Shown one piece after another: positions 50,339-63,741 of a DNA stretch of 64,000 nt. Location of the stretch: positions 84,508,001 through 84,572,000 of the forward strand of contig NC_058368.1 of the NCBI RefSeq assembly GCF_018350175.1, written 5' to 3'. Numbering within the stretch: position 1 is the first letter of the stretch; each line of letters starts with the position of its first letter. The notes below the pieces were generated by a model. That model was given only the letters and a program-made list of their open reading frames with translations. It searched no databases and had not been told where the DNA came from. Both the position numbers and the translations under genes were made by a program. Source of the DNA: Felis catus. Lineage: Eukaryota.

Positions 50339-52840
50339 ATACTGCTCTCCAGTTTTCCCAGCACCATTTGCTGGAGAGACTATCTTTATTCCACTGGATA
50401 TTCTTTCCTGCTTTGTCAGCGATTAGTGGGCCATACGTTTGTGGGTCCATTTCTGGGTTCTGTATTCTGTTACATTGACCTATGTGTCTGTTTTTGTTCC
50501 AGTACCATACTGCCTTGATGATTACAGGTTTGTAATACATCTTGAAATCCGGGATTGTGATGCCTCTAGCTTTGTTTTTCTTTTTCAAGATTGCTCTGGC
50601 TATTTGGGGTCTTTTCTGGTTCCATAAAAATTTTAAAATTGCTTGTTATAGCTCTGTGAAGAATGCTGGTGTTATTTTGATAGGTATTGCATTGAATATG
50701 TAGATTGTTTTGAGTAGTATCAATATTTTCACAATATTTGTTTTTCCAATCCAGGAGCATGAAATATGTTTCCATTGTTATGTGTCTTCTTCCATTTCTT
50801 TCATAAGTTTTCTGTATTTTTCAGTGTATAGATTTTTCACCCTTTTAGTTAGGTTTATTCCCAGGTATTTTATGGGTTTTGGTGCAATTGTAAATGGGAC
50901 CCATTCCTTGATTTATATTTCTGTTGCTTCATTATTGGTGTATGGGAATGCAACCAATTTCTGTGTATTGATTTTATGTCCTGCAACTTTGCTGAATTCA
51001 TGGATCAGTTCTAGCAGTTTTTTGGTGGAATCCTTTGGGTTTTCCATGTAGAGTATCATGTCATCTGTGTAGAGTAAAAATTTGACTTCCTCCTGAGTGA
51101 TTGGATGTCTTTTATTCCTTTGAGTTTTCTGGTTGCAGAGGCTAAGACTTCCAATACTATTTTGAATACCAGTGGCAAGAGTTGACATCACCGTCATGTT
51201 CATAGCCTTAGAGGAAAAGCTTTCAATTTTTCCCCATTGAGAATGATATTAGAGTGGGTCTTTCATATATGGCTTTATGATCCTGAGGTATTATCCTTCT
51301 ATCCCTACTTTCTTGAAGGTTTTTATAAAGAAAGGATGCTGTATTTTGTCAAATATGTTCTCTGCATCCATAGAGAGGATCATGTGGTTCTTGTCCTTTC
51401 TTTTATTGTTGTGATGTATCACATTGTTTTGTGGATATTGAGCCAGCCCTGCATCCCAGGTATAAATACCACTTTGTCGTGGTGAATAATTCTTTTAATG
51501 TATTCTTGGATCCAGGTGGCTAGTATCTTGCTGAGGATTTTTGCATCCATGCTCATCAGGGAAATTGGTTTATTCTCTTTTTTAGTGGGGTCTTTGTCTG
51601 ATTTTGGAATCAATGTAATGCTGGCTTCACAGAATGACTTTGGATGTTTTCCTTCCATTTCAATTTTTTGAAACAGCTTCAAAAGAATAGGTGTTAACTC
51701 TTCTTTAAATATTTGGTAGAATTCCCCTGGAAAGCCATCTGGCCCTGGACTCTTGTTTTTTGGCAGATTTTTGATTACTAATTCACTTTCTTTACTGGTT
51801 ATGGGTCTGTTCAAATTTTCTATTTCTTCCTGTTTCAGTTTTGGTAGTGTATATGTTTCTAGGAATTTGCCCATTTCTTCCAGGTTGCCCATTTTATTGG
51901 CATATACCTGCTCATAATATTCTCTTATTATTGTTTTTATTTCTGCTGTGTTGGTTGTGTGCATTTCTCCTCTTTCATTCTTGATTGTATTTATTTGGGT
52001 CCATTCCTTTTTCTTTTTGATCAAACTGGCTAGTGGTTTATCAATTTTGTTAATTCTTTCAAAGAACCAGCTCCTGGTTTCATTCATCTTTTCTACTGTA
52101 TTTTTTTTTATTTCAATAACATTGATTTATGTTCTAATCTTTAATATTTCCTGTCTTCTGCTGGTTTTGAGTTTTAATTTCTGTTTTTTTGTTCCAGCTA
52201 GTTAACATGTAAATTTAGGTGTGCATCTGAGACATTTCTTCCTTCTTTGGGAAGGCCTGCATTGCTATATACTTTCCTCTTGTGACTGACTGCCTTTGCT
52301 GGTTCCAGAAGTTTTGGGCTGTGTTGTTATCTTTTTCATTGGCTTACGTGTATTTTTTAATTTCCTCTTTAACTTCTTGTTTACTCATTCATTCTTTAGT
52401 AGGATGTTCTTTATTCTCTAATTATTTATCTTTCCAAATTTTTTTCTTGTGGTTGATTTCGAGTTTCATGGTGTTGTGGTCTGAAAATGTGTACTGTATG
52501 ATCTCCATGGTTTTGTACTTGTTGAGGGCTGATTTGTGTCCCAGTATGTGATATATCCTGGAGAATGTTCCATGTACACTGGAGAAGAATGTGTATTTCA
52601 CTGCTTTAGGATGAAATGTTCAGAATATATCTGTTAAATCCATTTGTTCCAGTGTGTCATTTACTGCCATTGTTTCCTTGTTGATTTTCTGTTTAGATGA
52701 TCTGTCCATTGCTGGAAGTGGGGTTGTTGAAGTCCCCTATTATTATAGTATTATTATCAATGAATGTCTTTATATTTGTGATTAATTGATTTATATATTT
52801 GGGTGCTGTCACATTTGGAACATAAACATTTACAATCGTA
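49020..52840 (-). mobile_element. LINE-1 ORF2 + 3'UTR, disabled
   Basis: 222-aa ORF2 piece ([32 protein letters not shown]), [14 protein letters not shown] motif, T-rich tail. Confidence 0.93.
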
Positions 52841-52996
52841 AATATCAAATCTTCCTGAATACTAAACTATTGAACCTGGAGTGTCCTTGGCATAATAGAT
52901 TTCAAATATATTTAGATAAAGTAAGATATAATTTGAAGTTACATGTAAGTTAAATTATACTTGTTTGTGACATAAATAAATATTCTGTCATATAAA

Positions 52997-53957
52997 TTAA
53001 AGCAAAAATATCCAGTTTTGGTATAAATATTTCATGAATAAGTAGTTATAAATTGATTGTAATGTATTCACACTTTTGAAACACATTTCTATCCTTTTAT
53101 CAGAACAAATTACCACCAACACACTGACAGTGGCATAGACATTAGACACAAGCTTCTGGAAATATAGGATGACTGGATAATATGTCCATAACAGAGCTGC
53201 AGAGAAAGAGATGATGGCATCCACCAAGTATATGGCCACAAAGAAACTCAGCCAAAACAGTACATTCTGGGTGGTCTTTCTCACTGGGGAGACTCTTAGG
53301 GAGAGGCTGGTGCTGTGATGGTGGTGGCACCACCTCTGATACCTGGACAAGGGAATCATCATGTATGCATTAGAGAGTAGCATGACTCCTATGAAGAAAC
53401 ATCCCTGGATAATGTCAGTGTGAGAAGTAGAACCCTGATGATGGACCTTATGGGGGGAAATGAGCAGTATTTACTAACATTCAGTAGATTATTCTGGGTC
53501 ACATTAGAAGAAGAAGTAGCAATATACAAGATGCAGTTACTATTGAGAGACAAACCAAGAAACCATAAGATGATAAATGAATGGAAGATGTACTTTGTGC
53601 ATGCCAACCAGGAGGTACTGGGGCTGATAATGGCCTGGAGGATGCTCAGAAGGCAGGTGGTCCTCATGCAGGGGCCCCCCATTACTCTGATCATGCAGAA
53701 TAAAGCCTTATATTTTAAATCATTCAGAAAGTTCAGTGATTCCAACAGGGTTGTACACAATAAAAACAATGAAATGGAGAGTTTCATTATGCGGACAAAG
53801 GCCAAATGACAGGTGATTAGGTCAGTGGGCTTAGACCTGTGATCCAGAGGATCATGAAAACATGGAAGAGAAAGAGGAAGGTGTTGGTGGAAATTCCAAT
53901 GCCTACTGGTAAAAATTGGCATATTTTAATAGTCAAATGAATGGAAGATGTGATCAT
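52997..53957 (-). pseudogene. Vomeronasal type-1 receptor (V1R) pseudogene, full-length with frameshifts
   Basis: Reconstructed MITSSIHLTIKICQFLPVGIGISTNTFLFLFHVF / KPTDLITCHLAF..RTTCLLSILQAIISPSTSWLA / MLLSNAYM..RYQRWCHHHHSTSLSLRVSP..YATVSVLVVICSDKR; -1 frameshifts at ~53849 and ~53395 (TAG at 53389-53391). Confidence 0.94.
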
Positions 53958-53980
53958 GATAGGTGCAAAAACATATTTAT

Positions 53981-53992
53981 CTGGAAAAAATA
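53981..53992 (-). promoter_or_regulatory. Candidate splice acceptor of the V1R coding exon
   Basis: Minus strand ..TATTTTTTCCAG|ATAAATATG, 23 nt upstream of the reconstructed ATG; V1Rs usually have a 5'UTR intron. Confidence 0.5.
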
Positions 53993-54169
53993 GACTTCAC
54001 ATGATCATTGTAATTAATTTTGTTGCCGTACTCACCACCACATCACAGTTTTCATTTTAACCAAATCTATTTTACAAAATCAATGTAAAACCTATGTTAT
54101 ATGAAGTCTTAGTATAGTCTCAACATAATTTGCACACCAATTTGAGTGTGAATGTATTTTATAGTCATA

Positions 54170-54240
54170 TATATCTATCTGACATCTATCTATCTATCTA
54201 TCTATCTATCATCTATATATCTATCTAAAATCTATCATCA
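54170..54240. repeat. (TATC)n microsatellite
   Basis: Direct reading. Confidence 0.9.
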
Positions 54241-55929
54241 TATGTATTATCTAACAAGAGAGAGAGGGGGAAAGATGAAAAAGAGAGGGTGGGAAAGAGA
54301 GATAATACACACAACATAACCAAAATCATGGCAGGACAATGTACCCATTTCTCTTGCTCCAATGTACATGCATTTCTTTTGATTTCTGTTCTGCATTATC
54401 CTGACTCATATTCAGCATGAAGAATACTAATAGCCATATAAAGAATGCATAGGTATTTTTCTTTATAATTGAACTGTTGTAAATTTTATGCTAATGGGGA
54501 AAGAATTACCAAACAATTGAGAAAAAAAATATCCAAGTGTGTTTTCCATCACATACTATCACTTTCTATTCTTCATCCTTCAATATTTAGAGACCGTTGT
54601 GAAACATTTGTCATAACCTGACAATTCATCATAATCTCACTTTAAAATCAGATAATTATTAAACGTCCTTCTATCTACAACTGTAATTCTCATTGTCATA
54701 CAAGCTAATGTATTCATATCATGGATGTGAATATTTGGTTGTAGACACACAATTGGGGTGAGAATTACAAAATTGATTCAACTTGAACATGGCTCACTCC
54801 CCTTTATTGTCAATTAAAGAGATTCATTTTGTAATCTCTTTTTATATCAGTTAGGAATTGCCAAAGACTAGATACCAATTTTCTAAAAAAGAAGAGGACA
54901 AACACACGATTCTCCACCTTGTGAAATTCACAAATTTGTATTAGTGTTTATATGAAGATCATTTCATGGGACTCCATTAATAAAAGGATATATTCCCATG
55001 CTTTTAATGCTGCTACATTAGGGGGAAGATAGCAGCTTAGGAGGATGCTGGGCTTACCGCGTCCTGCTGATGACTTAAATTCCACCACACCTGCCTAAAA
55101 CCCAGAAAACAGCCAGAAGACTAGCAGAATGGAGTCTCCAGAGCCAAGCACAGACAAAAGGCCCATGGAAGAGGGTAGGAAGGGTGGAGACGCGGTGCAC
55201 GATACACGGACTGGCAGGAGGGAGCCGGGGCAGAGGGGCAGCCCGCTGGCAAAGCAGAGCCCCCGAGTCTGGCTTGCAAAAGCGGAGGGGCCAGAGGGAG
55301 TGTGTTCTGACAGCAAGTGGGACTTGACATCTGGAAGCTTATAGGCTAACAGCTCTGATCGGAGAACTGGAGGGCTGGATGACAACAGGAGAGAGTTGTT
55401 GAGCCCGGAACAACAGAGAGCAGCTTGGCGGGGAACACAGGCGCTTGCCAGCGCCATCTCCCTCGCCCATCCCCCAACCAAAATCCCAAAGGGAACCAGT
55501 TCCTGCAAGGGAACTTGCTTAAATTGAGCAAACACCCAACACAGTGTTTCTGCAGATCCATCCCTCCAGGGGGTCAGACTCCCTCCCGGTGCCTCAGGGC
55601 CCCTCCCAAAGCGGATCTCCGAAAGAAAAGTGAGCTGAGCCTGCCCTTCCCGACCCTGTGCACCTTGCCAATCTACCCCAACTAATATGCCAGATCCCCA
55701 GCACAAGCCTGGCAGTGTGCAAGTAGCCCAGACAGGCCACGCCACCCCACAGTGAATCCCGCCCCTAGGAGAGGGAAAGAGAAGGCACACACCAGTCTGA
55801 CTGTGGCCCCAGTGGTGGGCTGGGGGTAGACATCAGGTCTGACTGCAGCCCTGCCCACCAACGCAAGTTATTCAAGACAGCACAGGGGAAGTGCCTCATA
55901 GTTCCACACCACTCTAGGGACTATCCAAA

Positions 55930-56811
55930 ATGATGAAACGGAAGATTTCCCCTCAAAAAAAAGTCCAGGAAATAATGACAGCTAATGAACTGATAAAAGA
56001 CGATTTGAACAATATAACAGAAAGTGAATTTAGAAGAATAGTCATAAAATTAATCACTGGGCTTGAAAACATTACAGAGGAGAGCAGAGAATCCATTGTT
56101 ACAGAGATCAAGGGACTAAGGAACATCCAGGAGGAGGTAAAAAATGCTATTAATGAGCTGCAGAATAAAATGGAGATGACCACAACTCGGACTGAAGAGG
56201 CAGAGGAGAAAATAGGTGAACTAGAAGATAAAATTATGGAAAAAGAAGAAACTGAGAAAAATAGAGATAAAAAAATCCTGGAGTATGAGGGGAAAATTAG
56301 AGAAATAAGTGATGCACTAAGGAGAAATAATATATGCATAATTGTTATTCCGGAAGAGGAAGAGAGAGGGAAAGGTGCTGAAGGTATACTTGAAGAACTA
56401 ATAGCTGAGAACTTCCCTGATCTGGGGAAGGAAAAAGGCATTGAAATCCAAGAGGCACAGAGAACTCCCTTCAGATGTAACTTGAATCGATCTTCTGCAC
56501 AACATATCATAGTGAAACTGGCAAAATACAAGGATAAAGAGAAAATTCTGAGAGCAGCTAGGGATAAACGTGCTCTAACATATAAAGGGAGACCTATAAG
56601 ACTCGTGACCAATCTCTCTACTGAAACTTGGCAGGTCAGAAAGGAATGGCAGGAGATTTTCAATGTGATGAACAGAAAAAATATGCAGCTGAGAACCCTT
56701 TATCCAGCAAATCTGTCATTTAGAATAGAAGGAGAGATAAAGGTCTTCCCAAACAAACAAAAACTGAAGGAATTTGTCACCACTAAACCAGCCCTATGGG
56801 GGATCCGGTGA
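55930..56811 (+). CDS. LINE-1 ORF1p (coiled-coil, RRM, CTD), 293 aa, open frame with small C-terminal deletion
   Basis: Heptad-rich N-half; RRNNICI..IPEEEE, ENFPDL, IQEAQRTP, HIIVKLAKYKDKEKILRAAR, YPANLSF motifs. Confidence 0.9.
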   Translation: MMKRKISPQKKVQEIMTANELIKDDLNNITESEFRRIVIKLITGLENITEESRESIVTEIKGLRNIQEEVKNAINELQNKMEMTTTRTEEAEEKIGELEDKIMEKEETEKNRDKKILEYEGKIREISDALRRNNICIIVIPEEEERGKGAEGILEELIAENFPDLGKEKGIEIQEAQRTPFRCNLNRSSAQHIIVKLAKYKDKEKILRAARDKRALTYKGRPIRLVTNLSTETWQVRKEWQEIFNVMNRKNMQLRTLYPANLSFRIEGEIKVFPNKQKLKEFVTTKPALWGIR

Positions 56812-56861
56812 GACAAAGTAGTAGAGACATCGCTACAAGGATGAAACCTACAGACATCACA

Positions 56862-59800
56862 ATGACTCTCAACCCGTATCTTTCTATAATAACACTGAAT
56901 GTAAATGGACTAAATGTGCCAACCAAAAGACATAGGGTATCAGAATGGATAAAAAAATAAGCCCCTTCTATATGCTGTCTACAAGAGACTCATTTTAGAC
57001 CTCAGGACACAGTCAGATTGAGAGTGAGGGGATGGAGAACTATTTATCATGCCACTGGGAGTCAAAAGAAAGCTGGAGTAGCCCTACTTATATCAGACAA
57101 ACTAGACTTTAAATTAAAGGCTGTAACAAGAGATGAAGAAGGGCATTATACAATAATCACAGGGTCTATCCATCAGGAAGAGCTAACAATTATAAATGTC
57201 TATGCGCTGAATATAGGAGCCTCCAAATATATAAAACAATTACTCACAAACATAAGCAACCTTATTGATAAGAATGTGGTAATTGCAGGGGACTTTAATA
57301 CCCTACTTACAACAATGGATAGATCATCTAGACACATGGTCAATAAAGAAACAAGGGCCCTGAATGATACATTGGATCAGATGGACTTGACAGATATATT
57401 TAGAACTCTGCATCCCAAAGCAACAGAATATACTTTCTTCTCGAGTGCACATGGAACATTCTCCAAGACACATCACATTCTGGGTCACAAAACAGCCCTT
57501 CACAAGTATACAAGAATTGAAAACATACCATGAATAGTTTCAGACCACAATGCTATGAAGCTTGAAATCAACCACAGGAAAAAGTCTGGAAAACCTCCAA
57601 AAGCATGGAGGTTAAAGAACACCCTACTAAAGAATGAGTGGGTCAACCAGGCAATTAGAGAAGATTTTAAAAAATATATGGAAACAAACAAAAATGAAAA
57701 TACAACAATCCAAACGCTTTGGGATACAGCGAAGGCAGTCCTGAGAGGAAAACGCATTGCAATCCAGGCCTATCTCAAGAAACAAGAAAAATCCCAAATA
57801 CAAAATCTAAAAGCACACCTAAAAGAAATAGAAGCAGAACAGCAAAGACACCCTAAACCCAGCAAAAGAAGAGAAACAATAAAGATCAGAGCAAAAATGA
57901 ACAATATGGAATCTAAAAACTATAGAGCAGATCAATGAAACCAAGAGTTGGTTTTTTGAAAAAAATAAACAAAATTGATAAACCTCTAGCCAGGCTTCTC
58001 AAAAAGAAAAGGGAGATGACCCAAATAGATAAAATCATGAATGAAAATGGAATTATTACAACCAATCCCTCAGAGGTACAAGCAATGATCAGGGAATACT
58101 ATGAAAAATTATATGCCAACAAACTGGATAACCTGGAAGAAATGGACAAATTCCTAAACACCCACATACTTCTAAAACTCAATCACGAGGAAATTGAAAG
58201 CTTGAACATACCCATAACCAGCGAAGAAATTGAATCAGTCATCAAAAATCTCCCAACAAATAAGAGTCCAGGACCAGATGGCTTCCCAGAGGAGTTCTAC
58301 CAGATGTTTAAAGCAGAGATAACACCTATTCTTCTCAAGCTATTCCAAAAAATAGAAAAGGAAGGAAAACTTCCAGACTCATTCTATGAAGCCAGTATTA
58401 CTTGGATTCCTAAACCAGACAGAGATCCAGTAATAAAAGAGAACTACAGGTCAATATCCCTGATGAATATGGATGCAAAAATTCTCAATAAGATACTAGC
58501 AAATCGAATTCAACAGCATATAAAAAGAATTATTCACCATGATCAAGTGGGATTCATTCCTGGGATGCAGGGCTGGTTCAACATTCGCAAATCCATCAAT
58601 GTGATACATCACATTAATAAAAGAAAAGGTAATAACCATATGATCCTGTCAATCGACACAGAAAAGGCCTTTGGCAAAATTCAGCAAACTTTCTTAATAA
58701 AAACCCTTGAGAAAGTCGGGATAGAAGGAACATACTTAAAGATCATAAAAGCCATTTATGAAAAGCCCACAGCTAACATCATCCTCAATGGGGAAAAACT
58801 GAGAGTTTCCCCCTTGTATCAGGAACATGACAGGAATGTCCACTCTCACCGCTGTTGTTTAACATAGTGTTGGAAGTGCTTGAATCACCAATCAGACAAC
58901 AAAAAGAAATCAAAGGGATCAAAATTGGCAAAGATGAAGTCAAACTTTCACTTTTTGCAGATGACATATTATACATGGAAAACTTGATAGATTCCACCAA
59001 AAGTCTGCTAGAACTGATACATGAATTCAGCAAAGTTGCAGGATACAAAATCAATGTACAGAAATCAGTTGCAGTCTTATACACTAATAATGAAGCAACA
59101 GAAAGACAAATAAAGAAACTGATCCATTCACAATTGCACCAAGAAGCATAAAATACCTAGGGATAAATCTAACCAAAGATGTATAAGATCTGTATGCTGA
59201 AAACTATAGAAAGCTTATGAAGGAAATTGAAGAAGATATAAAGAAATGGAAAAACATTCTCTGCTCATGGATTGGAAGAATAAATATTGTCAAAATGTCA
59301 ATACTACCCAAAGCTATCTACACATTCAATGAAATCCAATCAAAATTGCACCAGCATTCTTCCCGAAACTAGAACAAGCAATCCTAAAATTCATATGGAA
59401 CAACAAAAGGTCCCTAATAGTCAAAGTAATTTTGAAGAAGAAGGCCAAAGAAGGAGGCATCACAATCCCAGACTTTAGCCTCTACTACAAAGCTGTAATC
59501 ATCAAGAAAGCATGGTATTGGCACAAAAACAGACACATAGACGAATGGAATAGAATAAAAACCCCAGAACTAAACCCACAAAAGTATGGCCAACTCATCT
59601 TTGACAAAGCAGGAAAGAACATCCAATGGAAAAAGACAGTCTCTTTAAAAAATGGCGCTTGGAGAACTGGACAGCAACATGCAGAAGATTGAAACTAGAC
59701 CACTTTCTTACACCATTCACAAAAATAAACTCAAAATGGATAAAGGACCTGAATGTGAGACAGGAAACCATAAAAACCCTAGAGAAGAAAGTAGGAAAAG

Positions 59801-60669
59801 ACCTCTCTGACCTCAGCCGTAGCAATTTCTTACTTGACACATCCCAAAAGGCAAGGGAATTAAAAGCAAAAATGAACTACTGGGACCTTATGAAGATAAA
59901 AAGCTTCTGCACAGCAAAGGAAACACCAACAAAACTAAAAGTCAACCAACGGAATGGAAAAAGATATTTGCAAATGACATATCGGACAAAGGGCTAGTGT
60001 CCAAAATCTATAAAGAACTCATAAAACTCCACACCAAAAAAACAACCCAGTGAAGAAATGGGCAGAAAACATGAACAGACACTTCTCTAAAGAAGACACC
60101 TGGATTGCCCACAGGCACATGAAATGATGCTCATCGTCACTTCTCATCAGGGAAATATAAATCAAAACCACACTCAGATATCACCTCATGCCAGTCAGAG
60201 TGGCCAAAATGAACAAATCAGGAGACTATAGATGCTGGAGAGGGTGTGGAGAAATGGGAACGCTCTTGAACTGTTAGTGGGAATGCCAGTTGGTGCAGCC
60301 ACTCTGGAAAACAGTGTGGAGATTCCTCAGAAAATTAAAAATAGACCTACCCTATGACCCAGCAGTAGCACTGCTAGGAATTTACCCAAGGGATACAGGA
60401 GTACTGATGCATAGGGGCACTTGTACCCCAATGTTTATAGCGGCATTCTCAACAATAGCCAAATTATGGAAAGAGCCTAAATGTCCATCAACTGATGAAT
60501 GGATAAAGAAATTGTGGTGTATATACACAATGGAGTACTACATGGCAATGAGAAAGAACGAAATATGGCCCTTTGTAGCAACATGGATGGAACTGGAGAG
60601 TGTGATGTTAAGTGAAATAAGCCATACAGAGAAAGATAACATATGTTTTCACTTTTATGTGGATCCTGA
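56862..60669 (+). pseudogene. LINE-1 ORF2p (endonuclease/reverse transcriptase), disrupted
   Basis: ATG at 56862 (MTLNPYLSIITLNVNGL), in-frame TAA at ~56958, AGDFNTLL EN motif, FADD RT motif, several frameshifts. Confidence 0.93.
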
Positions 60670-63600
60670 GAAACTTAACAGAAACCCATGGGGGAGGGGA
60701 AGGAAAAAAAAAGAGGTTAGAGTGGGAGAGAGCCAAAGCATAAGAGACTGTTAAAAACTGAGAACAAACTGAGGGTTGATGGGGGGTGGGAGGGAGGGGA
60801 GGGTGGGTGATGGGTATTGAGTAGGGCTTCTTTTGGGATTAGCACTGGGTTTTGTATGGAAACTAATTTGACAATAAATTTCATATATTGAAAAAATAAT
60901 AAAAAAAAGAAACACTATTAGCAAGGGGAAAAATGCTTCTACAAAAACCTACTCATTATCATGTCTGATCAGGATATTAGACCACTCTGTAAAATATACA
61001 TGAATAATTTTGCAATAATTTTTTCATGGTATTTGCCATGTATACATGCATAATTATTCATCTAATTAATGTGATCCAGGGCTTAAATTTTTTAACTGTA
61101 TTACTTAGTTTATTTTTCTCCTGAAAGAGTGCTTACTTTTGTTTGCAGTGAAGAAATTTTGAGAGTTAGTGTTCTTGGCTGAGACTTAGAATGTCATTGC
61201 TGAGGTAAAGTATTGCTTTATAATTGCCTGATATATGTGATTTTATAAAACAATAATTTATAAAACAAATCTTTGATTAAATGGCTATAACTATTTTTCC
61301 AAATGTTTAATCTATGATATGACAAATTTATCTTCAATTCTCTTAATCACTATTAGAAGCCACAAATATATATCTCTATTCACAGAACACTTGGGTTCTG
61401 CTGTCATGTTGGACCCCAGAGAGTTTGATAATATTGGCTTAGAGGCACAATGATATCCAAAGCTTAGGGTCAGCAATCCAGTATGATAAAATATCATTTG
61501 GTGTTGGCCACTAATATATGTGTAATTATTCAATAACTGTGTATGTAAATCATTTTAAAGATACAAAGTATGTATTAAAAATCATATACCAAAATAGATA
61601 ATAGAATCCATTCAATAAAATGACATAGATAAAAATTATAATGTTAAATTTTACCAGATCATGGCATATGTGGTTGGCCACGTCATGCCTGCTTTGTATA
61701 AATGGTTATAAATTGAAAAAGTGTATTCCTGTAGTTTTTTCCACTGACAATCTTGAGGGCTTGAGTGCTGAGCCTGGACAGGAAAATGCCATGCTTCCCA
61801 TAGATTCAAGGTGAGCAATAAAGTATAAGTTAAATTTGATTATCAAGCATATGATATGTACTTTTTTAGTATATGTATGTCCCAACTATCACATAGACAT
61901 ATTACATGTAAGTAAGTAAACATAGTAGAGTGGTACAACAAGTTATTGTTGGATTTCTGAATTTCAAACTACTCTATATTTTATGTTTATATTTGGTAAA
62001 TCTGGCAACACTACCATGGAAAAATTATGGTATTTTTTAAAACATTGATTGTATCGGTAGAAATGAAATATTAAAATCTAAAGAATTGATAGGCTGGTGA
62101 TAGTGCAAAGGGAAACTTGGTCCCAGCTTAAATCTTGACAACGTATAAGTCTAAAAGTACATCTCAGTCAGTCACTCTGAGAAAAGGGAGCTGGATTTTC
62201 CTGGGTTGAGGATGAAATCCCTGAGCAGTCTCAGAAGGCAGTTACTACAGCTGAAGTTCCTCCTCATTTTTATATTCTCATTTCAGGCTATTCTCAATAT
62301 TATTTTTAATATTTAAACCCCAATTATGCACTTAGTCATAGATGATAGTGGGCAAATATCACCATTAAATAAACCTGAGACAAACATTCATCTTAAATTA
62401 TTTGGAATGACATCAAATGTCTGAAATACTAAGGTGTAATGAAAGGAAGAAATAATTTATAAGAATCCAAGTGATATTACTCAGTAGATTATATGTTATT
62501 TAGAAGAAAGTAAAGTTTAATACAATGTATTTCCTCATATTTATAAAATATTTTGCATTTAGAATTATATTTTAATACATTATAAAATATTCATACAGTC
62601 CTTCACCGTCTGAAACACAGACATACACACATTCACATACACACCATCTATATAATATATATGACAAAAATCACATCTTATCTTTGTTTTATTATTGCAT
62701 TAGTAAATAACATCATTATCCCCATTAGTTTTACCATATTCTATAAAAAAATTTCAAATCCCATAACTAGTTATTGATAGCATAAAGTCATTATGAGAAT
62801 TGGAAGTGACAAGGTGCAGGTAAGTTGATTTGTTCAGTGGTGATAGTGACACCATGAGAAACGGAGCTAGCAATTTCAAAAAGAAAAAAGAAACTTTTTG
62901 AATAGATGAGTTCTATGCAAATGTTTTTGTAAAATGTAAAAATGCCAAAATAACAAGTATGTTAATCATCAGATACCACTGAATAACTGAAAAGCATCTA
63001 CTGTTTTTTGGCAATTGTACACTGGAGATGAAAACAATGCTGACTGACAAAGACATCATTCTTTTAAAGCATTTACTTTTCAGCAACATTGGAAGAAAAG
63101 CCTAAGCAATGAAAGTGAGAAAAACTAAAAAGCATTCAAATTCAAATTGAACATCACAAAAATAAAAATATCATTCCAGAATCTATAAATTTCTAAATTT
63201 ATATAATAAATAAATGTAAATTTAAATAAACAAACATAAATTTAACTTTATAAATTTATATAATTTAATAACTTTAACTAAATTTACCTTTAATCTGGTT
63301 ATATCAACTGGTGATAGTTATAATTCAATAACATATACAACCAAAATATGAGTATTGAATTCTATGACTTTAACAAAGAAATTCTCCCTTAATTCACCTC
63401 CCATATGACTCTTGACCACTCACTGGTAATGAAGCTGAGAAAAACTCAACTGAGACTTTAGAGTGAGTCTGATTGCATGAGATGGGACTACAAGAAGTGG
63501 TTATTGGGAAGGGCTGTCCTCAGCTCATCTCTATACCCATAAGTGTCATATTGCCAATAGAAGCAGGACAGCCCTATCTTTGGGATATTATATGAAGGAG

Positions 63601-63741
63601 AGACACCACAGAAAAAAGTGAAATTACCTAATTCCTGGATAATAGTGGATGAGAAACACCTGGCTTCCAACATTTTGTTTATGTAAAATATTTTTCATAG
63701 ATAACCCTTCTGGTGAGTTGCATGGAACCTGTCATCCAACC

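Larger units (their letters stand above)
55021..60910 (+). mobile_element. Full-length LINE-1 (~5.9 kb), best-preserved full-length copy in the window
   Basis: GC-rich 5'UTR, open ORF1, frameshifted ORF2, G-rich 3'UTR, A-tail; probable TSD AATGCTkCTACA (55006-55017, 60932-60943). Confidence 0.96.

Noticed and set aside
53420..53809. 129-aa plus-strand ORF (and 36004-36303 minus)
   Set aside because: Antisense to the V1R pseudogene coding strand
55953..56663. 236-aa minus-strand ORF
   Set aside because: Antisense shadow of L1 ORF1; the Ser/Phe/Leu-rich composition follows from the A-rich sense strand
63180..63295. AT-rich quasi-palindromic stretch
   Set aside because: Low-complexity AT sequence; short palindromes are expected by chance and no terminal inverted repeats or TSD are present
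63488..63673. 61-aa ORF considered as a V2R exon or retroviral env fragment
   Set aside because: No convincing motif; short, non-ATG start, adjacent to the putative V1R promoter block
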